Positions 8,086 to 18,205 of a DNA stretch of 44,899 bases are shown piece by piece (position 1 is the stretch's first letter; each line of letters starts with the position of its first letter). Below the pieces are notes generated by a model. It was not told where the DNA came from. It ran no database searches and worked only from the letters and a program-made list of their open reading frames with translations. A program made the translations under genes and the position numbers. The stretch is from IMG/VR virus record IMGVR_UViG_3300037423_001019, positions 1-44,899 of that record; one strand, given 5' to 3'. This DNA comes from a virus. Its lineage: Duplodnaviria > Caudoviricetes.

Positions 8086-8769
8086 TTGGCAGATAATGTC
8101 CTCGTCGCCTCCTCCGGTTCAACGCAGATCGCAACGGACGACGTCAACGGCATCCAGTATCAGCGGATCAAGGTCACTTACGGTCCGGACGGGGCGGCGA
8201 CCGACGTAAGTTCATCCACCCCGCTTCCGGTTAGCATTACAGGCGTTTCCACGGCTGCCAAGCAGCCGGCATTGGGAACGGCGGGAACGGCTTCTGCGGA
8301 CGTTCTGAGCGTTCAGGGCGTTGCCAGCATGACGCCGCTGGACATCAACGCCGACACGCTTCCCCTGCCCACCGGAGCGGCGACGGAAGCCAAGCAGGAT
8401 TCGATGATCTCGGCGCTGACCGCGCCCGTCGATGCGCTGCCTCCGCCGGCCCTGTCCACAACCAAGCGCCTGACCCGCACGGTTCAATCCAGCTCCACGG
8501 CAACCACCACGTCACTGGTCGGGGCAACGGCAAGCCAGACCACGCGCCTCCACCGGGCGATCATCTCAACGGCCGGTGCAACATTGTTCGAGTTCGTGGA
8601 CGGCTCGGGGACCAACCTTCGCACCATCCGCTTTGCCGGAGCGGGGATCATGACCCTCGATTTCTCCGAGGAGCCGTGGTGCGTCACCCCGACCAACTCA
8701 GCGCTGCAAATGAAGACCGGAGCGGCGGTTCAGGTCGATTGCGACATTGAATATGTGAAGTCGGCGTGA
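8086..8769 (+). CDS. Putative virion accessory or structural protein
   Basis: TTG start with GAGGTG RBS; T/S/A-rich beta composition. Confidence 0.65.
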   Translation: MADNVLVASSGSTQIATDDVNGIQYQRIKVTYGPDGAATDVSSSTPLPVSITGVSTAAKQPALGTAGTASADVLSVQGVASMTPLDINADTLPLPTGAATEAKQDSMISALTAPVDALPPPALSTTKRLTRTVQSSSTATTTSLVGATASQTTRLHRAIISTAGATLFEFVDGSGTNLRTIRFAGAGIMTLDFSEEPWCVTPTNSALQMKTGAAVQVDCDIEYVKSA

Positions 8770-9578
8770 GCCATTTCCTGTCGTTCGGCTCATCCTCACC
8801 GACAAACGCGAACGACACCTACGAAGAACTGGGTTTCGGCACGGACGGTTCCTGCGTCACGGTCACGGCCTCGGGCACAACCAATACCAAGGGCAATTAC
8901 TCCACCCTCGGAACGACAGCCAACGACTGGGCCGGCTTCTGGCTGGAGGTCGGCGACGTAACCGCCGCTTCGACCCGATACATCGTCGATATCCGCGCGG
9001 CCAGCACCACGATCATCATGCCCGACCTGTTCATGGAACCGGGTCTGGCGAACGGGCGGATTTGGATTCCGCTGGCCGTTGCTTCCGGAACCTTGCTCGA
9101 CGCCCGCTGCCAATCGAATACCGCATCGGCAACGATCAAACTGGCCGTATCGGGCCGCATCCGCAACGCTTCTCACCCGGCCATGTACAGCTCAGCCACG
9201 GCCCTGAACGTGGACACGGGAGGAACCAGGGCCACGGCCTCGGGAACGGCAGTCAGTCTCGCATCCAGCCTCGGAAGTTACACGCAGCTCATTTCTTCGA
9301 CTGCGGCAACCTATGGGGCGTTGCTGATGTGCGCCTGCGAAAGCGCCACGCCGGCAACCTCCCAGCAGGGAACCATCATCGTCGCCAAGGGCGGGGCGGG
9401 AAGCGAAACACAGATCGGGAAGGCCATCGCTCGCCTGTCCGCTTCGGGAGCGCTTCTGGGCCGCTGCTACAAGATGTTCGAGCAATCGATCCCTTCCGGC
9501 ACGAGGCTTGCCGCGGCGGCACTGGCTCCGACTCCCGGCACGGATAGCGTCCGCGTCGGACTTTACGGGTTTAGCTGA
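8766..9578 (+). CDS. Putative virion accessory protein with two internally similar beta domains
   Basis: KGNYSTL..T.ND and LGSYTQLISST halves, ending SGTLLDARC and SGTRLAAAA. Confidence 0.65.
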   Translation: MSHFLSFGSSSPTNANDTYEELGFGTDGSCVTVTASGTTNTKGNYSTLGTTANDWAGFWLEVGDVTAASTRYIVDIRAASTTIIMPDLFMEPGLANGRIWIPLAVASGTLLDARCQSNTASATIKLAVSGRIRNASHPAMYSSATALNVDTGGTRATASGTAVSLASSLGSYTQLISSTAATYGALLMCACESATPATSQQGTIIVAKGGAGSETQIGKAIARLSASGALLGRCYKMFEQSIPSGTRLAAAALAPTPGTDSVRVGLYGFS

Positions 9579-11344
9579 TGAACCGCGCGCAATTCACCCG
9601 CATCAAGCGCGGACACAGCGGGGGAACGGTGAGTGGAGGAGGTACGCCACCGCCACCCCCTCCGCCCTCGGTCCCCCCGCTCGGGGCCAACATCGTCGCC
9701 ACTCCCGCTTATGGGGAAATGGGGATCAAGGTTACGGCCTGTTCGGCTCCGAGTGCGACAAACAGCGACGGCCTTGCAATTCGGTACAAGAAGAGTGCCG
9801 ACAGCTCATGGCTGAACGCAACCAAGCTGGTCTGGGACAGTAGGTTCAGCTGGTATCTCGGCTCGGTCCTGTGGTTGGACCCCGGAACATCCTACGACTT
9901 CGAGCTGACCCACGACGACGGGCGGCAGCAGACGTTCACTGCTTCGACGAAGACCTTGCCCAAGGATTTGCCGATCGGCACGACTACGAACGTCGCCTCG
10001 CGCCAATCATTGCTGACACTTACGGCCAGCGACAGCGGGACGGGTTCGGGGTGGCATCTTTACAAAGGGGCCGCGGATCGCTCTGTCATATTCGACGCGC
10101 AGCGGACGAGGCAATATTGCCTGAAGCTCACGGGCGCGGTCAAGAACGTCATTTTCTACGGCATCCGGTTCACTGGTGCGCTTAATCACGCCACGCTTCT
10201 GGGAACGTCGGAAAGCTCGAACAGCGACGATATTTCAGACATCATTTTCATCAATTGCGGGTTCGACAACTGGGGCAGCAGGGCCGGGACTACTCCTTAC
10301 GGAATCAACCTTCAATCCGGCTGCTACAGCGCCTCGACGAAACTGAAGAATATCGATTTCTTCGATTGCTGGTTCCACGATCCGCATTACAGCGCCAATA
10401 CTTGGCTTGAAACCAACAGCCACGGCAACACCCACCCCGAAGGCCCGCAGGCCATTTCATTCAAGGGATCGAAGGGCGGCCACAACGTCCTCTGGTCAAC
10501 CGTCGAAATGGTTCAGGACACTTCGATGGGCTTCAACGACAGTATGGGGGAGACAAACAACTTCTCCGATGGCGGCTTCCCCTATGGTGACACGACCATC
10601 TCTCATTGCTGGCTCACGCATCTGAACGACGATAGCTGTGAGCTCGAAGGCCACATGGAAAATGTTCGCTTCCTCAAGAACTTCTCGGACAAATTCTATC
10701 AGGGCATGGGCCTTGCCCCGACCTACCGTGGCCCGGTTTATGTCGTCGGCAACGTCTATGGGGAGAGTAGAACGGCTCGGCCTCCCGCCACCGACAATCC
10801 ACAGTCAGTTCTGAAATCTCGCCGCCTCTCGACCAAGGGCGTTGATTATGGCGGCGGCCGATTGTTCTTCATCGGCAATACGGCCTTCACGGAAAGCGGC
10901 TCGAACGGGGTCCGCCGGCTGATCAACGAAACAAGCGCTGGCGATAACGTCTCGAACGTGGTGCTGGTCAACAATATCATTCAGCAGACCACCAACACTC
11001 CCTGCGTGGATATCAGCTCAGGGACAGGCAACGAGATCCACCACAATTTATTCAGGTACGCGCCCTCCATTTCGGGTACCGCTGCAAGAGGAACGAGCTT
11101 CAGCAACACCAACGGGCAAAACCCGACCTACAACGCCACCGGCACATCAACAGCGCCCAGTCCCGACCGAACCGCCCGCACGATCGATCTCAGGCTGAAA
11201 TCGACCAGCGCAGGATATAACGCGGCAACCTCAATTGCGAACCTCCACGAAGGCGCGGACATGGGCGCGCATCAGTCGGCGGATAGCAACCTGATGAAGT
11301 TCGGCCACATCAACTTCCCCGCTTCGTGGGTGCCGAGCTGGTAA
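9578..11344 (+). CDS. Fn3-like domain plus right-handed beta-helix (pectin-lyase-like) putative glycan-binding or depolymerase protein
   Basis: Pro linker; WLDPGTSYDFEL (Fn3-like); repeated N-stack motifs (IGNT, VNNII, HHNLF); terminal ADMGAHQ. Confidence 0.65.
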   Translation: MNRAQFTRIKRGHSGGTVSGGGTPPPPPPPSVPPLGANIVATPAYGEMGIKVTACSAPSATNSDGLAIRYKKSADSSWLNATKLVWDSRFSWYLGSVLWLDPGTSYDFELTHDDGRQQTFTASTKTLPKDLPIGTTTNVASRQSLLTLTASDSGTGSGWHLYKGAADRSVIFDAQRTRQYCLKLTGAVKNVIFYGIRFTGALNHATLLGTSESSNSDDISDIIFINCGFDNWGSRAGTTPYGINLQSGCYSASTKLKNIDFFDCWFHDPHYSANTWLETNSHGNTHPEGPQAISFKGSKGGHNVLWSTVEMVQDTSMGFNDSMGETNNFSDGGFPYGDTTISHCWLTHLNDDSCELEGHMENVRFLKNFSDKFYQGMGLAPTYRGPVYVVGNVYGESRTARPPATDNPQSVLKSRRLSTKGVDYGGGRLFFIGNTAFTESGSNGVRRLINETSAGDNVSNVVLVNNIIQQTTNTPCVDISSGTGNEIHHNLFRYAPSISGTAARGTSFSNTNGQNPTYNATGTSTAPSPDRTARTIDLRLKSTSAGYNAATSIANLHEGADMGAHQSADSNLMKFGHINFPASWVPSW

Positions 11345-11608
11345 ATGCTGCTGCTGTTTCAGGGGCCGGAGATTGTCGTCGAGCCACCGGAGTTCGTGGA
11401 AGCGACGACCCCACGGACGGATCATTCAGTGGCCTGTTTCGACGGCCGCGTGTTCGACAGTGCCGCGTTCGATTGCCTCGCCCCAAGGATTCGCCCGACG
11501 CTCGGCGGATGGGAGGGCGAACAGCAGACCACGCCGCACTGGGCGCCCAACGATCTGGGCCGCGGAACGCAGTGGAACAAGAAGCCCAGAGGTAATTCAA
11601 CCTGGTAA
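11345..11608 (+). CDS. Hypothetical protein
   Basis: Abuts the previous stop codon (TAAATG). Confidence 0.55.
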   Translation: MLLLFQGPEIVVEPPEFVEATTPRTDHSVACFDGRVFDSAAFDCLAPRIRPTLGGWEGEQQTTPHWAPNDLGRGTQWNKKPRGNSTW

Positions 11609-11649
11609 CAGCCCACTCGGCAACGAGAGCTGCAAACGAAGGTGACACA

Positions 11650-11949
11650 ATGGACGAGCCAGAAACTACAGGCCGAAATCAGGACGGCACGTTCGCTCCT
11701 GGCGTTTCGGGAAATCCCGCCGGCAGGCCCAAGGGCTCGCGCAACAAGCTGAGTGAAGACTTCTTCAGGGCGCTGGCTGACGACTTTGCAGAGAATGGCG
11801 TTGCGGCCATTGTCGCCATGCGCACCGAGCGCCCCGGCGACTATGCCAAGATGATCGCTGCGCTCCAGACCAAGGAGTTCGGTGCCGACGAGGAGACAGC
11901 CAAGGCTCTCGCGGGTCTCGGCGCGTTTGCATGGCAGAAGCCACAGTAA
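11650..11949 (+). CDS. terS: Terminase small subunit (DUF5681-type)
   Basis: FAPGVSGNPAGRPKGSRNKL; directly upstream of terL. Confidence 0.8.
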   Translation: MDEPETTGRNQDGTFAPGVSGNPAGRPKGSRNKLSEDFFRALADDFAENGVAAIVAMRTERPGDYAKMIAALQTKEFGADEETAKALAGLGAFAWQKPQ

Positions 11950-13202
11950 CGGTCGAGAGCCCCTACGCTCCTCGCCGCCAGTTCATGGGATTGCACACCA
12001 GGGAGACACGCTGGGGCATTGCGGTATGCCACCGACGCGCGGGAAAGACTGTTGCCTGCGTCAATGACCTGATCAAAGCCGCTGCAACGTGTGAACGCAA
12101 CAATCCGCGCTTCGCCTACATCGCCCCGCAGCTCAATCAGGCCAAGGACATCGCCTGGTCGTATCTGCTGGAATACACCGACTGCTTCGGGCCTGAGAGG
12201 AAGGTCAATGCGTCTGAGCTTTGGGTCGAGCTTCCGAATAACGGTGCACGCATCAGGATTTATGGTGCGGACAACCCGGATCGTCTTCGAGGCATTTATC
12301 TCGACGGAGCCGTTCTCGATGAATTTGGTGATATGGACCCGACCGTCTGGACGCAGGTCATTCGACCGGCGCTCTCTGACCGTAAGGGTTGGGCCATATT
12401 TATCGGCACTCCAAAGGGCAAGAACACGTTCCACCAGCTCTGGACGCTAGCCGAGGACGATCCAAGCTGGTTCCGCCTCAACCTGAAAGCCTCAGAGACC
12501 GGCCTGCTCGACGCCGCCGAGCTCACCGACGCTCGCAAGATGATGAGCGACGACGAGTACGCTCAGGAATATGAATGCTCGTTCGAGGCGGCGGTAAAGG
12601 GCGCCTACTACGGCAAGGAGATGAACGATGCGGAAGGCTCGGATCGCATCGTTGGCGTGCCCTATGATCCTCGGCTGCCTGTTCATACGGCATGGGATCT
12701 TGGCGTCGCGGACTCGACGGTCATCTGGTTCATTCAGGTTGTGGGAAGAGAAACCCGCGTCATCGACGTGCTCAAGGGTGAGGGCGTCGGGCTCGACTGG
12801 TACGCTAAGCGCCTTGCTGAGCGAGACTATGTGTGGGGCAGCCACTATCTCCCACATGATGTCGAAGTGCGGGAACTCGGAACGGGCAAAAGCCGCAAGG
12901 AAGTTCTTCAGGGACTAGGCATCAAGGCGACGGTCTGTCCCAATATCCCGATTGCCGATGGGATTCAGGCGGTGAGGATGCTCCTGCCCACCTGCTACTT
13001 CGACAAAGAGAAGTGCAAGGCGGGGATTGAAGCCCTCCGCATGTACCGCCGCGAGTATGACGACAAAAGGCAGGAGTTCAAGGTTCATCCCTTGCACGAC
13101 TGGACCAGTCACTACGCCGATGCACTCAGATATTTCGCCGTGGGCCACAAGCAGCGCCAGCAGCTGCAGAAAATCAACTACAGTAGTCGAGGTATCGTGT
13201 GA
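11931..13202 (+). CDS. terL: Terminase large subunit
   Basis: Walker A HRRAGKT; LRGIYLDGAVLDE; FIGTPKG; AWDLG; HDWTSHYADALRY. Confidence 0.95.
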   Translation: MAEATVTVESPYAPRRQFMGLHTRETRWGIAVCHRRAGKTVACVNDLIKAAATCERNNPRFAYIAPQLNQAKDIAWSYLLEYTDCFGPERKVNASELWVELPNNGARIRIYGADNPDRLRGIYLDGAVLDEFGDMDPTVWTQVIRPALSDRKGWAIFIGTPKGKNTFHQLWTLAEDDPSWFRLNLKASETGLLDAAELTDARKMMSDDEYAQEYECSFEAAVKGAYYGKEMNDAEGSDRIVGVPYDPRLPVHTAWDLGVADSTVIWFIQVVGRETRVIDVLKGEGVGLDWYAKRLAERDYVWGSHYLPHDVEVRELGTGKSRKEVLQGLGIKATVCPNIPIADGIQAVRMLLPTCYFDKEKCKAGIEALRMYRREYDDKRQEFKVHPLHDWTSHYADALRYFAVGHKQRQQLQKINYSSRGIV

Positions 13203-13387
13203 TCAAAATCACCGAGGACTTTGATGATTATTTCATCGTTAAGGCCGTGGACGAGAATGGCAGGCTGCGCTGGCGCCGCGACGGCACAGCGAGAATAGCC
13301 GACAGCCGTTACTGCAAAGACCCCTACGAAGAGGTCGAAAAACCGGGCGGACAACCGATCAAATACAGCTCGAAGGGGATCGTATGA
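13199..13387 (+). CDS. Small protein ending in a copy of the TerL C-terminus
   Basis: Ends PIKYSSKGIV versus TerL KINYSSRGIV. Confidence 0.6.
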   Translation: MIKITEDFDDYFIVKAVDENGRLRWRRDGTARIADSRYCKDPYEEVEKPGGQPIKYSSKGIV

Positions 13388-13581
13388 TGCTCTATGCGAA
13401 CATCTACGAGCACCGCCGTCGCAATGGCTCAACTCTTCAGTTCAACACCGCCGGATCACGATACCCGCTCACGCACGCATCTCGCCAAGAGGCCGACGAT
13501 GCGGCCGCCTGGGAATGCCGGGTTGAGCCACGCACGCGCAGGATCGGCCTTCTGCGCATCAGACTGAAGGCCAGGGCATGA
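13384..13581 (+). CDS. Hypothetical protein
   Basis: ATGA coupling on both sides. Confidence 0.6.
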   Translation: MMLYANIYEHRRRNGSTLQFNTAGSRYPLTHASRQEADDAAAWECRVEPRTRRIGLLRIRLKARA

Positions 13582-15602
13582 TTGAAGTCGATCCCGATTT
13601 CCTGTCGTTCCTCAAGGACGAAGAGAACAAGGCCTTCGACGGCACCCTGCTCGACGAGGTTGAGGCGGCGATCAACTCCTACAACGGCCAGCCATACGGA
13701 GACGAGGAGGACGGGCGCAGTCAGGTGGTGGCCCGGGACGTATCCGAAACCACCGATTACATGCTCACATCAGTACTCGATGCGTTTGTTGCGTCTGGCA
13801 GAGTTGTTGAGTTCGAGCCTTCCGACGAAGCCGACGAACAGACCGCCGACGACGCCACCGAGGCAATGCACTACCTCTACCGGAGGAAGTCAGGCTACCG
13901 ATTGATCCATGACTGGGCCAAGGGCGGCCTGCTCGAAAAGATCGCGGTGGTGAAATCCTGTGTCGAGCGCAAGAAGCGCCGGCACGAAGCCATCTACCAT
14001 CCCTCGATGCTGCCAGAGCATGCTATCGAGGCCGAGCCGATCGACGAGGTTGACGAGGAAGGAACGCCCTTCTTCCGGGCAGTCACCCTCGAAGAGATGG
14101 CGGCCGAGTTCAAGGACTATTACGTTCCACTAGAAGAGTTCCGCGTTGCCCCAGACGCACGGGACCTCGATAGCGCGGTCTATCTCTGCCACCTGACCGA
14201 AAAGAGCCTGTCGGATCTCGTGGAGATGGGCCTTGACCCGCCCGACAACCTTCAGGATGGCGGAAGTTCGGCTGAGCTTCAGTCGATGCAATTTGCCCGC
14301 GACGACGGGCGCTCGGTGCTCTCCGACGATCGCAAAGGAGCATTGCGCAAGGTCTGGCTGCGCGAGGAATATGTTCTCTATGATTTGAACGGGGACGGAC
14401 TGGCGGAACGCCTCTGCGTCCACCGCGTGGGGAACACGATTCTCGCCGTCGAAGAGGTCGATTACCAGCCCTTTGAATATTGGTGTCCGTACCCGATGCA
14501 GGGGCGCCTGATCGGTCAGTCATTGGCCGACAAGACGATGGACATTCAGCGGGTGAACACGGTCGTCGAGCGGTTGATGCTCGACAGCGGCTACCAGCAG
14601 CTTCAGCCGGGCACGTTCATCCACGAAGACTCGATCGGCGATCACACGATTGACGATCTGCTGACGGTAAGGCCGGGAAGGCTGGTTAGGTTCACCGGGA
14701 CTGTTGAGCCGATCCCCGAACAGCGAGTGGACATTACAGCTACCGCGCTTCAGATCCTCGACTTCAAGAAACGCCAATCGGCAGACCGCACCGGAATCAC
14801 CCAGCTCAACCGCGGCGTTGACGACGACACGCTGAACGACACGGCCAAGGGCCAGGCCCAGCTCATGTCCCGTGGACAGCAGATGGAGCGCTACATCATC
14901 CGCAACTTCGCGGAAGGAGTGGCCCGGCTGTTCATGAAAAAGCTCGGGCTCATGCGCAAGTATGGGCAGCCGTTCCAGATTCGGGTGGATGGAGAATATC
15001 GCCAGGTCGATCCGTCGCAATGGCCCGAGGACATGGAGGTTCAGGTCAAGGTCGGGCTCGGCTCGGGGTCCAAGGAAGACCGGATCATGGGCCGGCAGAT
15101 GATCGCCCAGATGCAGGCAATGGCCGTGCAGGGCGGGCTTCCGATCGCCTCGCCGGACAACATCTACAACAACATGACGGGCCTCGCCCGCGACTTCGGA
15201 CTTCAGCCCAACGATCTGTGGACCGAGCCGCCCAAGGATGAGCAGGGCAATCCCGTACCGCAGGAACAGCCGCCCGACCCTGAGATGATGAAGGCCCAGG
15301 CCGAGTTGCAACTGAAGCAACAGGCCCACGAAGGCGACATGCAGATCAAGGCTGCCGACCTACAGGCCAAGCAACAGGAAGCGGCGCTCAAGACGGAATT
15401 GGAACGCGCCAAGGCTCAGGAGGCCGCCCAACTCGCTAGGGACAAGGCCGAGTTCGAGCGGGAGCAGGCGATCGCCCAGATGATGTTCGAGCGCGAGATC
15501 GAGATGCAGCGCTTCGAGCACGAAAAGAAGCTGGCTTACTACAAGGCCGACAAGGACGCGGAAGCGAAGAAGTATCGTGATGGTGGAGACCTGAGCAAAT
15601 GA
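13578..15602 (+). CDS. Portal protein (podovirus type, long C-terminal helical barrel)
   Basis: 674 aa after terL; YNGQPYGDEEDGRSQVV; Q/E/A-rich coiled-coil tail. Confidence 0.9.
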   Translation: MIEVDPDFLSFLKDEENKAFDGTLLDEVEAAINSYNGQPYGDEEDGRSQVVARDVSETTDYMLTSVLDAFVASGRVVEFEPSDEADEQTADDATEAMHYLYRRKSGYRLIHDWAKGGLLEKIAVVKSCVERKKRRHEAIYHPSMLPEHAIEAEPIDEVDEEGTPFFRAVTLEEMAAEFKDYYVPLEEFRVAPDARDLDSAVYLCHLTEKSLSDLVEMGLDPPDNLQDGGSSAELQSMQFARDDGRSVLSDDRKGALRKVWLREEYVLYDLNGDGLAERLCVHRVGNTILAVEEVDYQPFEYWCPYPMQGRLIGQSLADKTMDIQRVNTVVERLMLDSGYQQLQPGTFIHEDSIGDHTIDDLLTVRPGRLVRFTGTVEPIPEQRVDITATALQILDFKKRQSADRTGITQLNRGVDDDTLNDTAKGQAQLMSRGQQMERYIIRNFAEGVARLFMKKLGLMRKYGQPFQIRVDGEYRQVDPSQWPEDMEVQVKVGLGSGSKEDRIMGRQMIAQMQAMAVQGGLPIASPDNIYNNMTGLARDFGLQPNDLWTEPPKDEQGNPVPQEQPPDPEMMKAQAELQLKQQAHEGDMQIKAADLQAKQQEAALKTELERAKAQEAAQLARDKAEFEREQAIAQMMFEREIEMQRFEHEKKLAYYKADKDAEAKKYRDGGDLSK

Positions 15603-15913
15603 CCGAACGCATCGCCCGCGCCCAACGCGCACAGTCCGCGTGGGATGAGTTCATTGCCCCCATGCTCACCGACATCAGCGAGGAATATGTCGCCCGAATG
15701 CAGGAAGTGGCCTGCACCGAACTTGTGAGTGAGGCCCGTGCCGACAAGATCGCCACGCTCTCCATCGCGCTGAAGGTGGTTGAAGCCATGCGCAACGGGA
15801 TGCTGGCGACGATCAAAGACGGCGAGATCGCGCAGAAAGAGAAGATCAAGGCCGAGCGGATCGAGCAGATGTCCGATCGCCAGCAGCGGCTCCTAAAGAT
15901 CGTGGGGTATTGA
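15599..15913 (+). CDS. Hypothetical head-region protein
   Basis: Coupled to portal. Confidence 0.75.
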   Translation: MTERIARAQRAQSAWDEFIAPMLTDISEEYVARMQEVACTELVSEARADKIATLSIALKVVEAMRNGMLATIKDGEIAQKEKIKAERIEQMSDRQQRLLKIVGY

Positions 15914-16146
15914 TGTTCAATTTCGGTCAAATGGGTCAGCTCCCGTCCTTCGCCCACCCGCTCCAGTTGGGCGCGGGCATGTGGCAACCGGGACAGCAGC
16001 CGCAATGGAACACGCCGCAATTCGGGCAACATAATCCATTCACCATGCCGCAGTGGAACATGCCGCAGATGGGCCAGGCGCCAAATAACGGCCTTCTTCA
16101 CGCAAGCCAGTGGAACGGCCGCCCACCATTCTTCGGACAACGATAA
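15913..16146 (+). CDS. Low-complexity Q/P/G/N/aromatic protein, 77 aa
   Basis: TGATG coupling; PQWN repeats; no Asp, Glu or Lys. Confidence 0.6.
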   Translation: MFNFGQMGQLPSFAHPLQLGAGMWQPGQQPQWNTPQFGQHNPFTMPQWNMPQMGQAPNNGLLHASQWNGRPPFFGQR

Positions 16147-16229
16147 GAGCGGGGCCAACCCGCCACCACCATCCAGCGCACAACGCGCGGATCGGGCCAA
16201 TGAGCCCGCAGCCTGAAAAAGGACGTTCA

Positions 16230-17219
16230 ATGACGACCCAGCCAGAAGTGGCAGTCGGCAACGAATCCCCTGTGGAATTGTCGCCGGAAGACCGCCTTAC
16301 CGCAGCATTCGACGACCCGCAGAATATCAAGGAACCGGAAGAAGACGAGGAGGGCGAGCAGCCTGAAGCCGTCGAAGGAGCCGAAGACGAGCTGACACTC
16401 GAAGAGGAAGCCGACGATCTTCCTCCCATCGAAGCGCCGGTATCGTTAAGCGCCGAAGACAAGGAAACCTTCAAGAGCCTACCCCGACCAGCGCAGGAGA
16501 TTCTCGCCAAGCGCATCGGAGAGGCCGAGAGGGGGCTTCATCAAAAGGCGCAGGAGGCGGCACGCGCCCGCACGGAAGTCGAGCAGGAGGCCCTACGGTC
16601 TCTCTCGGCCTACGAGCAACAGGTCGCGCAGCACCTCCAGCAGTACGCGCAGCAGCTCGAAGTCCCCAAACCGGACCCGTCGCTGCTCGCCACCGACCCG
16701 ACCACCTACGCCTACCAGATGCGGCAATACGAGGATGTCCAAGCCCAGCGCCAGGCGGCGCAGCAACAGGCAGCCCAGTTCGCCCAGCAGGCGCAGCAGC
16801 GGGAACAGATGGCTGAGCAGGCCTACATGGCCCAGCAGCATCAACTCATCGTCGAGCAATTCCCGGAATATGCCGACCCCACGACCGGACCGAAGCTCCA
16901 GCAAGAGCTTTCGGCCGTCGCCAGGGAGTTGGGATATCCGCCCGAACTGATCAGCCAGGCCCGCGCGACCGATATCATCGCAATGCGGACAGCGGCGGAG
17001 TGGAAGGCCAAGGCGGCCAAATACGACGCCCTGAACGCAAAGAAGATGGAGAAGGTCCGCGCCGCCAAGGATCTGCCTAGAGTAGCCAAGCCGGGCACTG
17101 CCCAGGCTCCAGGCGCCGCTCGGCAGAACCAATACGCGTCGGATCGGGAAGCCCTTCGCAACGGAGATCAGGCCGCCACCCTGCGTGTGCTCGACTCCTT
17201 CTTCGTCAAAACCAAATAA
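16230..17219 (+). CDS. Capsid scaffolding protein
   Basis: Acidic N-terminus and Q/A coiled coil; AAAGGA RBS; precedes the major capsid gene. Confidence 0.85.
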   Translation: MTTQPEVAVGNESPVELSPEDRLTAAFDDPQNIKEPEEDEEGEQPEAVEGAEDELTLEEEADDLPPIEAPVSLSAEDKETFKSLPRPAQEILAKRIGEAERGLHQKAQEAARARTEVEQEALRSLSAYEQQVAQHLQQYAQQLEVPKPDPSLLATDPTTYAYQMRQYEDVQAQRQAAQQQAAQFAQQAQQREQMAEQAYMAQQHQLIVEQFPEYADPTTGPKLQQELSAVARELGYPPELISQARATDIIAMRTAAEWKAKAAKYDALNAKKMEKVRAAKDLPRVAKPGTAQAPGAARQNQYASDREALRNGDQAATLRVLDSFFVKTK

Positions 17220-17234
17220 GAAAGAGCCAGATCA

Positions 17235-18197
17235 ATGGCCGTTCCTTCAGGCACATATCAGACCTACCAGGCGGTAGGTCGTCGGGAAGACCTGACCGAT
17301 GTCATTCACGACATCTCCCCGACCAAAACGCCGTTCATGTCGAGCATCGGCAAGGGCAGCGCATCACAGAAGAACCACGAGTGGCAGACCGACGCTCTGG
17401 CCGCCGCTGACGGCACCAACAAGGTGATCGAAGGCGACGATCCGAGCAACGATTCGGCAACCGCCACCGTACGCCTCGGCAACTACACCCAGCTGATGGA
17501 CAAGGTGATCCAGGTCGCCAGCTCCAACCGCGTGGGCGCAAAAGCCGGCCGCGACGACGAACTCTCCTACCAGCGCTCCAAGCGCATCAAGGAGATCAAG
17601 CGCGACATGGAAGCCCGTCTGACGGGTAACTATGCATCGGCTGCCGGTGCTGCGGGTACGGCCCGCGAGTGCGCCGGGTTCGAGGCATGGATTCAGACCA
17701 ACGTCAGCCGCGGCACGGGCGGTTCGTCCACTGCGTTCTCGGGCGGCATCCAGGCTGCGGCCACTGACGGCACGCAGCGCGCGTTCGACGAATCCATGTT
17801 GAAGACGGTCCTCGCCCTGATGGCCGACAACGGCGGCGAAGTCGACGGGGCGCTCGTCCTGCTCGGCTCGTTCAACAAGCAGGCGGCCTCGACGTTCGAG
17901 GGCATTGCCGCGCAGCGCCAGCAGGCGGGCGGCAATCTCGCAACGATCGTTGCCGGCGCTGACGTGTATGTGTCGGACTTCGGCCGCGTCAACATGGTCT
18001 ATAGCCAGTTTTCGCGTTCTCGCTCGGCCCTCGTGGTCGATCCGAGCATGTGGAAGCTGTGCTATTATCAGCCGTTCAAGGTCGAAGACCTCGCCAAGAC
18101 CGGCCACAGCGACCGCCAGCTGCTCAGCGTCGAGTTCACGCTTGAAGCGTGCAACGAGAAGTCGAGCGGCGTGGTTGCGGACCTGACCACGAGCTGA
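17235..18197 (+). CDS. Major capsid protein (DUF5309/SU10-like)
   Basis: REDLTDVIHDISPTKTPF..HEWQTD..NYTQ..KEIKRDME..LAKTG. Confidence 0.9.
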   Translation: MAVPSGTYQTYQAVGRREDLTDVIHDISPTKTPFMSSIGKGSASQKNHEWQTDALAAADGTNKVIEGDDPSNDSATATVRLGNYTQLMDKVIQVASSNRVGAKAGRDDELSYQRSKRIKEIKRDMEARLTGNYASAAGAAGTARECAGFEAWIQTNVSRGTGGSSTAFSGGIQAAATDGTQRAFDESMLKTVLALMADNGGEVDGALVLLGSFNKQAASTFEGIAAQRQQAGGNLATIVAGADVYVSDFGRVNMVYSQFSRSRSALVVDPSMWKLCYYQPFKVEDLAKTGHSDRQLLSVEFTLEACNEKSSGVVADLTTS

Positions 18198-18205
18198 ACC
18201 TAATT

